A stretch of 39,159 bases of DNA from an uncultured bacterium (GTDB lineage Bacteria > Lernaellota > Lernaellaia > Lernaellales > Lernaellaceae), in the NCBI GenBank assembly GCA_964534375.1, contig CAZHPN010000037.1, positions 1-39,159 on the forward strand, given 5' to 3'. Position numbers and translations under genes: made by a program. Every line of letters begins with the position of its first letter. Position 1 is the first letter of the stretch. Below are positions 1-10,044 of this stretch, in pieces. The notes under the pieces are model-generated. The model was not told where the DNA came from. It saw only the letters and a program-made list of their open reading frames with translations, and did not search any database.

Positions 1-222
1 AAGGCCAACGGTGGCCAAACGCTGCCGGAATTGAGCGTGAAAGTTCTCAAAGGCTCGCAGCGGCCGCTGCGAACCAAAGAGATGATGGTCGCGCTGCAAA
101 AGGTCGGCTGGCAGACGAGTTCCGCCGATCCGCAGAAAATTGTGTACAAGACCCTGTACCGGATCGAAAAATCCGGCGTCGTGATCAAAGCGGAACCGGG
201 AAAGTTCACGGCGCCGAAGTAA
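1..222 (+). CDS. Partial (5'-truncated) basic protein, possible winged-helix DNA-binding C-terminal domain
   Basis: Frame 1 is open from base 1 to TAA at 220-222. The pattern VLKGSQRPLRTKEMMVAL...IVYKTLYRIEKSGVVIKAEPGKF resembles a wHTH. Confidence 0.55.
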   Translation, partial: KANGGQTLPELSVKVLKGSQRPLRTKEMMVALQKVGWQTSSADPQKIVYKTLYRIEKSGVVIKAEPGKFTAPK

Positions 223-262
223 CACGGCGGCGCGGAATCGGTTTCGCTTCCTCTTCGTCCGC

Positions 263-291
263 TTGCCGCGGGTCGCCGGGCGGCGTAATTT
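263..291 (+). promoter_or_regulatory. Putative sigma70-type promoter, probably leaderless transcript
   Basis: TTGCCG(263-268)-17 nt-TAATTT(286-291), then 7 nt to the ATG at 299. No SD. Confidence 0.4.
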
Positions 292-298
292 TGCCGCC

Positions 299-1852
299 AT
301 GAATCCCGCCCCGTCGACCGAATCGTTGCCGAAATTCGCGCGGCGCGACTGGCTGCTGTTCGGCGGCTTCGCGCTGCTGAAAATCGTCGTCCATTTCGCG
401 ACCGACGGCGCCGGCGCGTACGGCTATTTTCGCGACGAACTGTATTATTTGGATTGCGCGCGGCATCTCGATTGGGGCTACGTCGATCAGCCGCCGTTGT
501 CGATTTTCGCGCTGTGGGCGACGCGCGCGCTGCTCGGCGATTCGCTGCTCGCCATCCGTTTGCCGGTGGCGTTGTGCGGCGCCGCGACGCTGTGGCTCGC
601 GGGCCTGATGGCGCGCGAAATGGGCGGCGGGCGGTTCGCGCAGGCGCTGACGTGCCTGGGCGTGGCGGCCGCGCCGATTTTTCTCGCGACGGGCAGTTTT
701 TTCTCGATGAACGTGTTCGACCAGTTTTTCTGGGCGCTGGCCGCCTGGCTGGTCGCCCGGTTGTTGCGCACGGACGACGCGCGGATCTGGCTCTGGTTGG
801 GTCTGGTGGTCGGGCTCGGTCTCGAAAACAAATACAGCATGGGTTTTTTCGCGGGCGCCTTCGTCGCCGCGATGGCGCTGACGCCCCTGCGCCGGCAGTT
901 CGGCCGTTGGCAACTTTGGGCGGGCGGGGCGCTCGCGGCGGCGTTGTTTGCGCCGCACGTGGTCTGGCAGATGCGGCACGGCTGGCCGACCTTGGAATTC
1001 ATGCACAACGCCCGCCTGTACAAGAACCTGCCGCTGACGTTGCGGCAATTCGCCGGCGGGCAATTGACGCTGGCCGGTCCGCTCCAGGCGCTGCTCTGGG
1101 TCGCGGGCCTGCTGTATGGTTTGATGGCCAAACGCGGCCGCGCCTTCGCGGCGTTCAGTCTCGCGTATTTCATCCTGTTCGCGGTTTTTTATGCGACCAA
1201 CGGCAAGGTTTATTACCTCTCTCCGGCGTACCCGATGTTGTTCGCGCTGGGGTCGCTGTGGTGGGAGGCGCGGCTGGCGTCGCGGCGCTGGGCGCAGGCG
1301 GCGGCCCTCGCGCTGCTGGCCGCGAGCGGCGTCGCGCTGGCGCCCCTGGCGCTGCCGATTTTGCCGCCGCCGGCGTTTTTGCGTTACCAGGACGCGCTCG
1401 GCATCCGGGCGCCGCAGCAGGAACGCGCGCACGGCGGCCTCCTGCCGCAGCACCTGGGCGATCGCCTGGGCTGGCCGGAATTCGCGGCGATGGTCGCCGC
1501 GGCCTACGGCCGCCTTGACCCGGCCGACCGGGCGAATTGTGCGATATTCACGAGCAACTATGGCGAGGCCGGCGCGATCGATCTCTTCGGTCCGCGCTAC
1601 GGGTTGCCGCCCGCGATTTCCGGCCACATGTCCCATTTCTTGTGGGGCCCCGGCGCCGCGACCGGCGACGTGATGCTCGTCTATTGGGGCGAGCGCGACG
1701 AACTGGCGAAACTGTTTCGCGAAGTGACCGAGGTCGCGCGCTTTCGCGACCCGTTCGTCATGGAACGGCAGAACGATCGCCCGCTGTTTCTCTGCCGGGG
1801 GTTGCAGGCGCCGCTCGCCGCGTTGTGGAGTCAGTTCAAGATCTATCGCTGA
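299..1852 (+). CDS. GT-C membrane glycosyltransferase (family 39/ArnT/PMT-like)
   Basis: Multi-TM protein with the N-terminal loop YGYFRDELYY...HLDWGYVDQPP, a KYS motif, and a C-terminal periplasmic domain (NYGEAGAI, SGH...WGP). ATG 299 preferred over TTG 263. Confidence 0.85.
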   Translation: MNPAPSTESLPKFARRDWLLFGGFALLKIVVHFATDGAGAYGYFRDELYYLDCARHLDWGYVDQPPLSIFALWATRALLGDSLLAIRLPVALCGAATLWLAGLMAREMGGGRFAQALTCLGVAAAPIFLATGSFFSMNVFDQFFWALAAWLVARLLRTDDARIWLWLGLVVGLGLENKYSMGFFAGAFVAAMALTPLRRQFGRWQLWAGGALAAALFAPHVVWQMRHGWPTLEFMHNARLYKNLPLTLRQFAGGQLTLAGPLQALLWVAGLLYGLMAKRGRAFAAFSLAYFILFAVFYATNGKVYYLSPAYPMLFALGSLWWEARLASRRWAQAAALALLAASGVALAPLALPILPPPAFLRYQDALGIRAPQQERAHGGLLPQHLGDRLGWPEFAAMVAAAYGRLDPADRANCAIFTSNYGEAGAIDLFGPRYGLPPAISGHMSHFLWGPGAATGDVMLVYWGERDELAKLFREVTEVARFRDPFVMERQNDRPLFLCRGLQAPLAALWSQFKIYR

Positions 1853-1864
1853 CCGGCGTCCGCG

Positions 1865-3415
1865 CTATTCGACGCAGCACATCGTGAAAATCAAGTAAAT
1901 CGGGTCCGGCGTCAGCGTCAATTGCATCGTCGGCGCCAGCACGACGGCCAACTGCGTGCCGTCGATCTCGTAGCCGGCGACTGCCGCCGCGGCGGCCGGC
2001 GTCGGCAGCGACAAGGGATATGACGTATCCCATTTTCCGCGGCCGTCCCACAGCGCCAAACCCAGCTTGTCGTGGTCGACGAACGCGAGCGCATACACGT
2101 CTTGCGGCAGCTGCAACTTCGCCGAAAGATCGCCGGCGAATTGCATGGCGCCGAAGTGTTGCATCGCCGTCAGGTACGCCGCGAAACTCGGTTTCGGCGT
2201 CGGCGCGCCCGGAGGAGTGTTATAGGGATAGGCGTATAAACCGAAATAGTTTTCGGTCGGCGGACTGCCGCCGCTGCCGTCCCAGAAATCGTACCAATAG
2301 TACCCGGCGACGCCCCGCGTGGCCGCCAGGAAGAACGATCGCGCCAGGAAGCGCGCCTGGTTCTGGTCGCCGATGAGCAGGCTCGGCCAACCGATTTCGG
2401 TCAGTTCGAGCGGCTTGTCGCCGCAGCCGGCGGCGGCCAACTGCGCGCGCGCCGCGTCGATCTGCCCGGCGACGCCGGGAAAATCGAAGAAGAGCAGGTC
2501 GAAGCCGGCCTCCGGCGCCCATTGCTGCACGAAGGTGTAGGGGTGGATCGCCATCGAGTCGAAGTACTGGCAAATGTCCGGCACGGCCTGGGCGACGCGG
2601 CCGATGTAGTTGTACATGCCGTGCAGAATCGTCCACCCGTCGAACGAACTGATGCCGCCGAACATTACTTCGGCGTCCGGACACGCCTGCTTGATCGCCG
2701 CATACGCCGCTTCGAGCATCAGCCCGTAATGCTCGGGGTCCGGCAACGGCTGCCAGAAGCGCGAGGTGTTTTCCTCGTTCCAGACCTCGTACCGCTTGAT
2801 GTGCTCGCAGTAGCGCTCCGCCACGGCGCCGGCGAACGCCGCCCAAGTTACGGGGGCGATTTCCGACGTGTCGCCGTCCGGCATCGCCCACGAGACGCCG
2901 TAATCGAGCAGGGCGATGAAATCGAGATTGTTGGCCTGCGCGATCTGGTAAAAGCCGTCGCACTCGGTCCAGTCCCACTGGCCTTCCTGCGGCTCGATTT
3001 CGCTCCACGAAAAATCGCGGCGCAGTCGCGCGACGCCGAGCTGAGCGTCGCCGGCCAGCTCGAAAGCGCGCGTCCAATCCGCGTCCGACCAGCCGGACAT
3101 GTGGGTGACGATCCCCGCCATCTGCCCCAGCGGCAAACCGCTCGCCACGAGACCGGAATAAATGGCGGAATCGTCGTCGTCGGCCGGGGATTGATCGTCG
3201 TCGGCCGGCGACTGATCGTCGTCCTGGCTATCGTCATTGTCGTTGTCGTCGTTGTCGTCATCGTCGTCGTTGCCGATGTCCGTGTCGTCGTCGCTGGCCG
3301 GCGGCGCCGCGGATGACGCGGCGGTGCGCCCCGACGAGCCGCAGGCCAGGCCCAGCAAGGCGATGAGCAACAGCATCCAGACCCAAGTGCCGACGCCGCA
3401 GAATCTCGCGTTCAC
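1865..3415 (-). CDS. Lipoprotein, clan GH-A glycoside hydrolase (GH39/GH5-like) with Asp-rich linker
   Basis: GTG at 3415, hydrophobic signal and lipobox LAC, DDD-rich spacer, FSWSEIEP..G.WDW, acid/base YEVWNEEN, AIHPY, nucleophile LTEIGW, ENYFGL. Confidence 0.8.
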   Translation of the reverse strand: MNARFCGVGTWVWMLLLIALLGLACGSSGRTAASSAAPPASDDDTDIGNDDDDDNDDNDNDDSQDDDQSPADDDQSPADDDDSAIYSGLVASGLPLGQMAGIVTHMSGWSDADWTRAFELAGDAQLGVARLRRDFSWSEIEPQEGQWDWTECDGFYQIAQANNLDFIALLDYGVSWAMPDGDTSEIAPVTWAAFAGAVAERYCEHIKRYEVWNEENTSRFWQPLPDPEHYGLMLEAAYAAIKQACPDAEVMFGGISSFDGWTILHGMYNYIGRVAQAVPDICQYFDSMAIHPYTFVQQWAPEAGFDLLFFDFPGVAGQIDAARAQLAAAGCGDKPLELTEIGWPSLLIGDQNQARFLARSFFLAATRGVAGYYWYDFWDGSGGSPPTENYFGLYAYPYNTPPGAPTPKPSFAAYLTAMQHFGAMQFAGDLSAKLQLPQDVYALAFVDHDKLGLALWDGRGKWDTSYPLSLPTPAAAAAVAGYEIDGTQLAVVLAPTMQLTLTPDPIYLIFTMCCVE

Positions 3416-3609
3416 GGTGTTTCCCCCGGAGTTGCCTTGCCGGCCGGCAAGCGCTTGCCAACGGTCGCCTATCTTATTACGCAACTCCCGCCGACGACAG
3501 ACGCCCCCGGCTGGTCCGCAGATTTTCCCGACGTAGGCCTCGGGAACGTCGCCGAGACGGATGGGCCTGTCCTCTCGGCTCCGCGGCATCGATCGCCGTG
3601 GGCGGCCCT

Positions 3610-4938
3610 TCACCGCTGCACGACATACGCCCGCCACTTGCCGATCAGGCGGTCGTCGGCGCGGACGACGAGGCGGGCGTCGTTGCCCTCGATCGTTTCC
3701 TCCAGCACCTGCGATTGCGTGCGGACGTGATGCAGCACGTCCTGCCGGGCGAGGGGAACGAGCAGCACCGTTTGCCGGCGGTCGCGGCCGAGAAAATCCG
3801 CGAAAGCCCGGCGCAGGTCGTCGAGGCCGGCGCCGGAGGCGGCGCTGACCGCGACGCTGCCCGGGTGATTGGCGACCAGGCGCTCGACCCAGATGCGCGA
3901 GGCGACGCGGTCGATCTTGTTGAAGACCGGCACGATCGGCTTTTCGGCGGCGCCGATCGCGGCCAGCGTTTCCATGACGGCCGCCGTTTGTTGCTCCATG
4001 CGCGGGTGGCTGCAATCGATGACGTGCGCGAGCAGTTCGGCGCGCTGCACTTCTTCCAGCGTCGCCTGGAAGCTCTCGACCAACTGGTGCGGCAGCCGCT
4101 GAATGAAGCCGACGGTGTCGATCAGCAGCGCCGGGACGTTGCCGGGCAGCCGCGCCTCGCGCACGGTCGGGTCGAGCGTGGCGAAGAGGCGGTCCTCGAT
4201 GAAGACGTCGGCGGCGGTCAGCGCGCGCAGCAGGGTCGATTTGCCGGCGTTGGTGTAGCCGACCAGCGCGACGGTCGGCACGCGGTTTTTTTGCCGCGCT
4301 TCGCGATGCCGTTCGCGCGTCGCGCGGACTTTTTCCAGCCGGCGCTTGAGCACGGAGATCCGCGTGCGCATCCGCCGGCGATCGACCTCGAGGTCGGTCT
4401 CGCCCGGGCCGCGCGTGCCGATGCCGGCGCCTTGCTGCGACAGGTGCGCCCACATGCCGCGCAGCCGCGGCGCCAAATATTGATATTGCGCCAATTCGAC
4501 CTGCAGCCGGCCTTCGTTGGTGCGGGCGCGCTTCGCAAAAATGTCGAGAATCAACGCCGTGCGGTCCATCACCATCACGCCCAGGCGCTCTTCGAGATTG
4601 CCTTGCTGCGCCGGGCTGAGGTCGATGTCGAAGATGACGCAGCGGACCGGCGCGGGCAGGGCGGCCAGACCCTCTTTGATGCGCGCGACCGTGCCCGAGC
4701 CGATGAAGGTCGCCGGCGTCGGCCGCTTGACCTCGCAGGCGAAACTCGCGGCTTCGACGCCGCCCGCGGTGTCGAGCAGCCGGCGCAACTCGGCCAGGGA
4801 TTCGGCGACGGTTTCGCGGTCTTCGTTGCGGACGCGGCAGCCGACCAGCGCGGCCGACGAGGGGTCGGCCGCCGCCGCGGGCGCCGCCGCGACGGCCGGC
4901 TCACCCGGCCATGAAGCCGACTTTGATCGTTTTATCAA
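3610..4938 (-). CDS. hflX: GTPase HflX (start uncertain)
   Basis: DRTALILDIFAKRARTNEGRLQVELAQ, GIGTRGPGET, G1 GYTNAGKST, LFATLDPT, DTVGFI, NKID. Lies directly downstream of hfq. Confidence 0.93.
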   Translation of the reverse strand: MIKRSKSASWPGEPAVAAAPAAAADPSSAALVGCRVRNEDRETVAESLAELRRLLDTAGGVEAASFACEVKRPTPATFIGSGTVARIKEGLAALPAPVRCVIFDIDLSPAQQGNLEERLGVMVMDRTALILDIFAKRARTNEGRLQVELAQYQYLAPRLRGMWAHLSQQGAGIGTRGPGETDLEVDRRRMRTRISVLKRRLEKVRATRERHREARQKNRVPTVALVGYTNAGKSTLLRALTAADVFIEDRLFATLDPTVREARLPGNVPALLIDTVGFIQRLPHQLVESFQATLEEVQRAELLAHVIDCSHPRMEQQTAAVMETLAAIGAAEKPIVPVFNKIDRVASRIWVERLVANHPGSVAVSAASGAGLDDLRRAFADFLGRDRRQTVLLVPLARQDVLHHVRTQSQVLEETIEGNDARLVVRADDRLIGKWRAYVVQR

Positions 4939-5152
4939 TGTGGATGTTGGCGATCGCGTGTTTGTAAATGAGATGAAGCCGAGCGGACTCCACCACCACG
5001 CAGTAGTTGTCGAAGCTCTTCAAGTGGCCTTCAATCACCTTGCCGGTGATGAGTTCGACCGTCACCGGGACCCGTTCTTTCCGCATCGAGTTGATAAATT
5101 GGTCTTGGACGTTGATCCGGACCTTTTTCGCCGTGCGATCCTCCCCGATCAT
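4901..5152 (-). CDS. hfq: RNA chaperone Hfq
   Basis: NVQDQFINSMRKERVPVTV.LITG...G.LKSFDNY...LIYKHAI (Sm1/Sm2 motifs). SD-like GAGGTGG before ATG 5152. Confidence 0.93.
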   Translation of the reverse strand: MIGEDRTAKKVRINVQDQFINSMRKERVPVTVELITGKVIEGHLKSFDNYCVVVESARLHLIYKHAIANIHIDKTIKVGFMAG

Positions 5153-5190
5153 GACCACCTCGCCTTCGTGCGGGCCAAAAGAAAGCCCAT

Positions 5191-8100
5191 TTAGCGAAAC
5201 GTAAGCGCGCCCGGGCCGAAAATCGCGCGCACATCTTCGGCCAAATCTTCCGTCGGACGCAAACCTTGCCGCGCCGGCAGGGCGAATGTCGCTTCCCGCC
5301 CGTCCGGCAGTTCGAGATGTATATACGCCCGGCACGAGCCGGGATGACGATTCACGCATTCGGCCAGGCGCTGCAAGTGAGCCTTGGACAGACCGACTGT
5401 GCGAATTCGCAGATGCACTTCATTACTGCACAATTCGGCGGCTTTCACAAGAGGAATCGCCTTCTCGACCAGCAAGCCGTTGCCGCCGTCGCGCACGTCG
5501 ACCTTGCCGAACAGCAGCACCGGCTGGTCGACGTTCTCGAGCGCCGCCGCCGATTTCTCGAGCGCCTCGGCGAACAGCGTGACGCGGAACGTCGCCGTCA
5601 AATCTTCGGCCGCGCCGGCGGCCCACGGCTTGCCGGTCTTGGTCATTTTCTTGTCGAGGCTCGTGATCAGCGCGGCGATGCGCACTTCCTTGTCCGTCTT
5701 GATTTCGCGCAAGCGGGCGCCGTCGACGGTCGCGAAGCGTTCGATCAGCGACTTGAAATGGTCGAGCGGGTGGCCGGTGATGAAGAAGCCGAGCGCTTCT
5801 TTTTCGGCGCGCAGCATTTCGTCGTGCGTCCAGGGCGGGACCTCGGGCAGCGGGGCCGCGGCGGGTTTGCCTTTCCCGCCTTTGGGCGGCGCGAGCTTGC
5901 CGAAGAGGCTCGTCTGCCCGGCGTCGCGGTCGGCCTGGCGGCGGGAAGCCTGCTCCATCGCGTTTTCCATCGCGGCGGCGAGGGCGGCGCGGTTCTGCTC
6001 GACGCTGTCGAACGCGCCGCATTTCACGAGGCTTTCGACGACGCGTTTGTTGACCTTGCGCATGTCGACGCGCTCGGCGAAGTCGTCGAGGCTGGCGAAC
6101 GGGCCGCCGGCGCGGCGGGCGTCGATGATGCACTTCACCGCGCCCTCGCCGACATTCTTGACGGCGGCGAGGCCGAAGCGGATGCAGCGCTGGCGATCGA
6201 CGGTGAAATCCTGGTCGCTTTCGTTGACATCCGGCGGCAGCACGCGAATGCCCATGTCGCGGCACTCGGCGATCTTGGCCATGACCTTGTCGGAGTCGTC
6301 TTTTTCCATCGACATCAGCGAGGCCATGAACGCGGCGGGATAGTGCGCCTTCAGGTACGCGGTTTGGTAGGCGACCATCGCATAAGCGGCCGAGTGGCTC
6401 TTGTTGAAGCCGTACTCGGCGAACTTTTCCATCTGGTCCCAAATCTGCTCGACGGTGGCGGCGGCGAATTTCTGTTTGGCCCCGCCCTGCTGGAACTTGA
6501 TTTTGAACGGCGCCATCTTTTCGATTTTCTTCTTCGACATCGCGCGCCGCATCAAATCGGCTTCGCCCAGGCTCAGGCCGCCGATGACGTGCGCGGCCTG
6601 CTGCACCTGCTCCTGATAAACCATCATGCCGTAGGTCGGTTCGAGGATTTTCTCGAGTTCCGGCAGCGGGTAGACCACCTTTTTCAGGCCCTTTTTGCGG
6701 TCGACGAAATCGTCGATCATCCCCGAGCCGATCGGGCCCGGCCGGAAGAGGGCGGCGATGGCCGTGAGGTCCTCGATGCTGTCGGGTTTGATGCGCACCA
6801 GCAGGTCGCGCATGCCCGGCGATTCGAATTGGAACACGCCGGTGGTCAGGCCGCGGCCGAGCAGCGAATAAACCGCTTCGTCGTCGAGCGGAATGCGATC
6901 GAGGTCGACGGTTTCGCCGAACGAGTCGTGGATGATCGCCAGCGCGCGCTGCATCACGGTCAGCGTTTTCAGCCCGAGGAAGTCGAACTTGATCAGCCCG
7001 ACGACCTCGACGTCGTTCTTGTCGTACTGGCAGACGATCTTGCCGTCTTTGTCGAGCATCAGCGGCACGTCGCGGCCCAGCGGCTGGTCGGAGATCACCA
7101 CCCCGGCGGCGTGCGTCGACGGGTGCCGCGGCAGACCCTCCAGGATTTTCGCGTGGAACCACAGGTCGCGGGCCCAGTCGCTTTCGCGCAGCAGCCGCTG
7201 CAGGTCCGGCGTCTTCTCCGCCTTGTCCAGCGTCATGTTCAATTCGTCGGGGATCAGCCGCGCCACGGCGTCGACTTCGCCGTACGAAAAGCCCATCGCG
7301 CGGCCGACGTCGCGCACGACGAGCTTGGCCTTCATCGTGCCGAAGGTCGCGATCTGCGAGACCATGTCTTTGCCGTACTTTTCCGAGACGTAGCGAATCA
7401 CTTCGTCGCGGCGGTCGGCGCAGAAATCGACGTCGATGTCGGGGTTGTCCTGCCGTTCCGGATTCAGGAAGCGCTCGAACAACAGGTTGTAGCGCAGCGG
7501 ATCGATGTTGGTGATGCCGAGCGAATACGAGACGAGCGAACCCGCCGCGCTGCCGCGCCCCGGTCCGACGGCGATGCCCTGCTCCCGCGCCCATCGAATG
7601 AAATCCTGCACGATCAGGAAATAGCCGGCGAAACCCTTCTTGGCGATCAGGTCGAGTTCCATTTCAAGCCGTTCGGCATACGTCGTTTCGACTTTCGCCC
7701 ACGGGCCGTCGCGCTCCGGGTCGTGCGTTTCGCGCAAGGCGTGGAGCCGCTTGACGAGGCCGGCGCGGCCCGCCTTCGCGAAGGTGGAGGCGAGGTCTTC
7801 GCCGGGCGGCGTTTCGTAGTTGGGAAACACGTGCCGGCCCAGCGGCATCGCGAAATTGCAGCGTTCGGCGACCTCGCAGGTGCGGGTCAGCGCCTCGGGG
7901 ATGTCGTGGAAGAGGGCGGCCATTTCGGCGCGGGTGCGGAAGTAGACTTGATCCGTGCTGAAGTGAAAGTGTTTCGGCTCGTTGATCGTCGCGCCGGTCT
8001 GGATGCACAGCAGCAGTTCGTGGCTGCGGGCGTGCTCCGGTTCGAGATAGTGGGCGTCGCAGGTGGCGACGAGCGGCAGCGAAAATTCTTTGGCGAGGTC

Positions 8101-8682
8101 GAGAATCGCGGCGTTGGCTTTGTCCTGCTCGGGAATGCCGTTGCGCTGGATTTCCAGGTAGAAACGGTCGCCGTAAACCTGGCGGAACCAGTCGAGCGTC
8201 GCGAGGGTTTTCTGGCGGCCGTGATCGAGGATCGCGCGCGGCAGCATGCCTTGCAGGCAGGCCGTGAGGCAGATCAGGCCGGCGCTGTGCTTTTCCAGAA
8301 GTTCCCTGTCGACGCGCGGCCGGCCGAAGAGGCCCGCGGTCCGGCCCTCGAGGTGCGCGGCGTTGACCAGTTGCAGCAAATTGCGCCAACCCGTTTCGTT
8401 TTCGCACAGCAGCACCTGGTGAAACGGCCGCGGCTGGTCGTTGCCTTTGTCCAGGCGGCTGCCGGCCGCGACGTAGACCTCGCAGCCGATCAACGGCTTC
8501 ACGCCGTGGTTTTTTGCGTGCTGATAAAACTGGATGGCGCCGTGCAAATTGCCGTGGTCGGTGATCGCCACCGCCGTCTGGCCGTCTTTTTCGACCTTCG
8601 CGAACAACGGTTCGAACTTGATCGCGCCGTCGAGCAGCGAGAACGCGGTGTGGACGTGCAGGTGGACGAAGTCAGTCGGCAT
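5191..8682 (-). CDS. dnaE: DNA polymerase III alpha subunit
   Basis: PHP domain FVHLHVHTAFSLLDGA, GPGRGSAAGS, PDIDVDF, KFDFLGL, YGFNKSHSAAY, C-terminal OB fold. 1163 aa, uninterrupted. Confidence 0.98.
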   Translation of the reverse strand: MPTDFVHLHVHTAFSLLDGAIKFEPLFAKVEKDGQTAVAITDHGNLHGAIQFYQHAKNHGVKPLIGCEVYVAAGSRLDKGNDQPRPFHQVLLCENETGWRNLLQLVNAAHLEGRTAGLFGRPRVDRELLEKHSAGLICLTACLQGMLPRAILDHGRQKTLATLDWFRQVYGDRFYLEIQRNGIPEQDKANAAILDLAKEFSLPLVATCDAHYLEPEHARSHELLLCIQTGATINEPKHFHFSTDQVYFRTRAEMAALFHDIPEALTRTCEVAERCNFAMPLGRHVFPNYETPPGEDLASTFAKAGRAGLVKRLHALRETHDPERDGPWAKVETTYAERLEMELDLIAKKGFAGYFLIVQDFIRWAREQGIAVGPGRGSAAGSLVSYSLGITNIDPLRYNLLFERFLNPERQDNPDIDVDFCADRRDEVIRYVSEKYGKDMVSQIATFGTMKAKLVVRDVGRAMGFSYGEVDAVARLIPDELNMTLDKAEKTPDLQRLLRESDWARDLWFHAKILEGLPRHPSTHAAGVVISDQPLGRDVPLMLDKDGKIVCQYDKNDVEVVGLIKFDFLGLKTLTVMQRALAIIHDSFGETVDLDRIPLDDEAVYSLLGRGLTTGVFQFESPGMRDLLVRIKPDSIEDLTAIAALFRPGPIGSGMIDDFVDRKKGLKKVVYPLPELEKILEPTYGMMVYQEQVQQAAHVIGGLSLGEADLMRRAMSKKKIEKMAPFKIKFQQGGAKQKFAAATVEQIWDQMEKFAEYGFNKSHSAAYAMVAYQTAYLKAHYPAAFMASLMSMEKDDSDKVMAKIAECRDMGIRVLPPDVNESDQDFTVDRQRCIRFGLAAVKNVGEGAVKCIIDARRAGGPFASLDDFAERVDMRKVNKRVVESLVKCGAFDSVEQNRAALAAAMENAMEQASRRQADRDAGQTSLFGKLAPPKGGKGKPAAAPLPEVPPWTHDEMLRAEKEALGFFITGHPLDHFKSLIERFATVDGARLREIKTDKEVRIAALITSLDKKMTKTGKPWAAGAAEDLTATFRVTLFAEALEKSAAALENVDQPVLLFGKVDVRDGGNGLLVEKAIPLVKAAELCSNEVHLRIRTVGLSKAHLQRLAECVNRHPGSCRAYIHLELPDGREATFALPARQGLRPTEDLAEDVRAIFGPGALTFR

Positions 8683-8756
8683 ATCTCAGCGGACCTTCCA
8701 TCAGGGCCGGTTGGCCGTTGTCGGGGCAAAAACTTTTCTGGGGGACCTGCGGGACG

Positions 8757-9530
8757 TCACGCGACCATCCCGATGGCCTCAAGCAATTCTTCGGGTTTCG
8801 ACCAATGGGAAACCTGCGATAGGCCTTCGACAAGGCGAAAGTCTTCGGGCGTCCATACATCGAAAGTGTCGTCAAAGAGCGAGACGAAATTCACCGCTTC
8901 CGGCCCCACTCGCAAATGACTCATGTCGTGACAAGCCGCGACCACATGCTCGGCCACGCCGCGCGCCGCCGCCTTGCTGCCCGTGCTGAGCACAAAAACA
9001 AACGAACTTTGCAGGGGAGCGCGGACGTGAAAATCAACCGACCATATCCTGCCGGACCTTCCGGGCTGGCGATGGCCGCGTTCGAACGGGACCTCTTTTT
9101 CAACAAAATAGTCGCCGACTTCGTCCGTCACCGTCTCGATGGTTCTGGTGCGAAACGTGAACCAGAGATCCGATACGCGCAGCACCGCCTGCGAGAGCCT
9201 GGTGAGCGCGGACGTGAGGTCCGTCTCGTCACGGACTCGAACGTTGAGCATTCCTTGGTATATTTCCACGCCGTGGGTCAGCGCGATGTCCTGCAATAAC
9301 TGGTTCTGTTTCGGGCTGCGCCGTTGCGCCGTCGTCTGCATCCGCAGCCAGCGCAACGTTTCGCCGAGATCGGTCAGCGTCGGCGTTTGCGCATTGGCGG
9401 CGAGAAACAAATCCACGCGGTCGCCGTCCGGATAGAGGTAGGGTGTGCGGATTTTTGTGTAGTCGCCGTGACCCGTACAAGCGAAAAGCGTGCCTAGCTG
9501 TTCCTGTATGACGACGCAAGGTTCTCTCAT
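8757..9530 (-). CDS. DUF1828-like protein with putative C-terminal PD-(D/E)XK-like domain
   Basis: ATG 9530 overlaps the upstream stop (ATGA). IRTPYLYPDGDRVDLFL...LTDLGETL is typical of DUF1828. C-terminal GRSGRIWSVDF...SLFDD. Confidence 0.75.
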   Translation of the reverse strand: MREPCVVIQEQLGTLFACTGHGDYTKIRTPYLYPDGDRVDLFLAANAQTPTLTDLGETLRWLRMQTTAQRRSPKQNQLLQDIALTHGVEIYQGMLNVRVRDETDLTSALTRLSQAVLRVSDLWFTFRTRTIETVTDEVGDYFVEKEVPFERGHRQPGRSGRIWSVDFHVRAPLQSSFVFVLSTGSKAAARGVAEHVVAACHDMSHLRVGPEAVNFVSLFDDTFDVWTPEDFRLVEGLSQVSHWSKPEELLEAIGMVA

Positions 9531-9985
9531 GGGAACAACCTCCGTTGCGCAGGCGGAACAGGCGACAGTTCGCCAATGTGATTGATCCTGGCTTCTGCGC
9601 AAAACTGTCTCCAGGCGTTGATCGGGTCGGTCGGTGGCGCGGTTATGTCGGGCGGGGCATAAGCCTTCTTGTCCCTCGTGACCTCGCTCCAGTAGTGTTT
9701 GTGCGTCTCGCCGACATATTCGCAATCCGGGTTGTGGTGGTCCTTTCCGAGACACAACCCGTAGATCCGGCCGGCGCCCCGGTGGATCAGTGCGAAGGAA
9801 AGCGTCTGCGCCTCGGCGTTGCAACTTCCTCGGATGAACAGTGGAAAACCCGGACCGGAGGACAGGTCGATGCGGAACTCAACGGACGGTGAATGGTCCT
9901 CGTCTTCCGACCATGCAATGTTCCCAGTAATTAACTTGCTCTCGTCGTTTAAAATCGCTTCGAATTCGCCGACGGTCAGCCCCAC
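9527..9985 (-). CDS. DUF6978-like protein (HxNPD...HxH motif)
   Basis: GTG start with a GGAGG SD. Motif RIYGLCLGKDHHNPDCEYVGETHKHYWSE and C-terminal FC...I match the DUF6978-type partner of DUF1828 genes as I recall it. Confidence 0.7.
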   Translation of the reverse strand: MGLTVGEFEAILNDESKLITGNIAWSEDEDHSPSVEFRIDLSSGPGFPLFIRGSCNAEAQTLSFALIHRGAGRIYGLCLGKDHHNPDCEYVGETHKHYWSEVTRDKKAYAPPDITAPPTDPINAWRQFCAEARINHIGELSPVPPAQRRLFP

Positions 9986-10044
9986 TCTCGCCTCCAGTTT
10001 CTGTTCCTCCGCGTCTCGAATCCAACCAGCTTCTCGCCGTTGCG

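Noticed and set aside
3416..4453. 862-aa version of the glycoside hydrolase ORF starting at 4453
   Set aside because: The extension overlaps hflX in another frame and is Arg-rich noise. The signal peptide begins at GTG 3415.
5191..8682. Intein or split in dnaE
   Set aside because: Length and motif order are those of a normal continuous DnaE.
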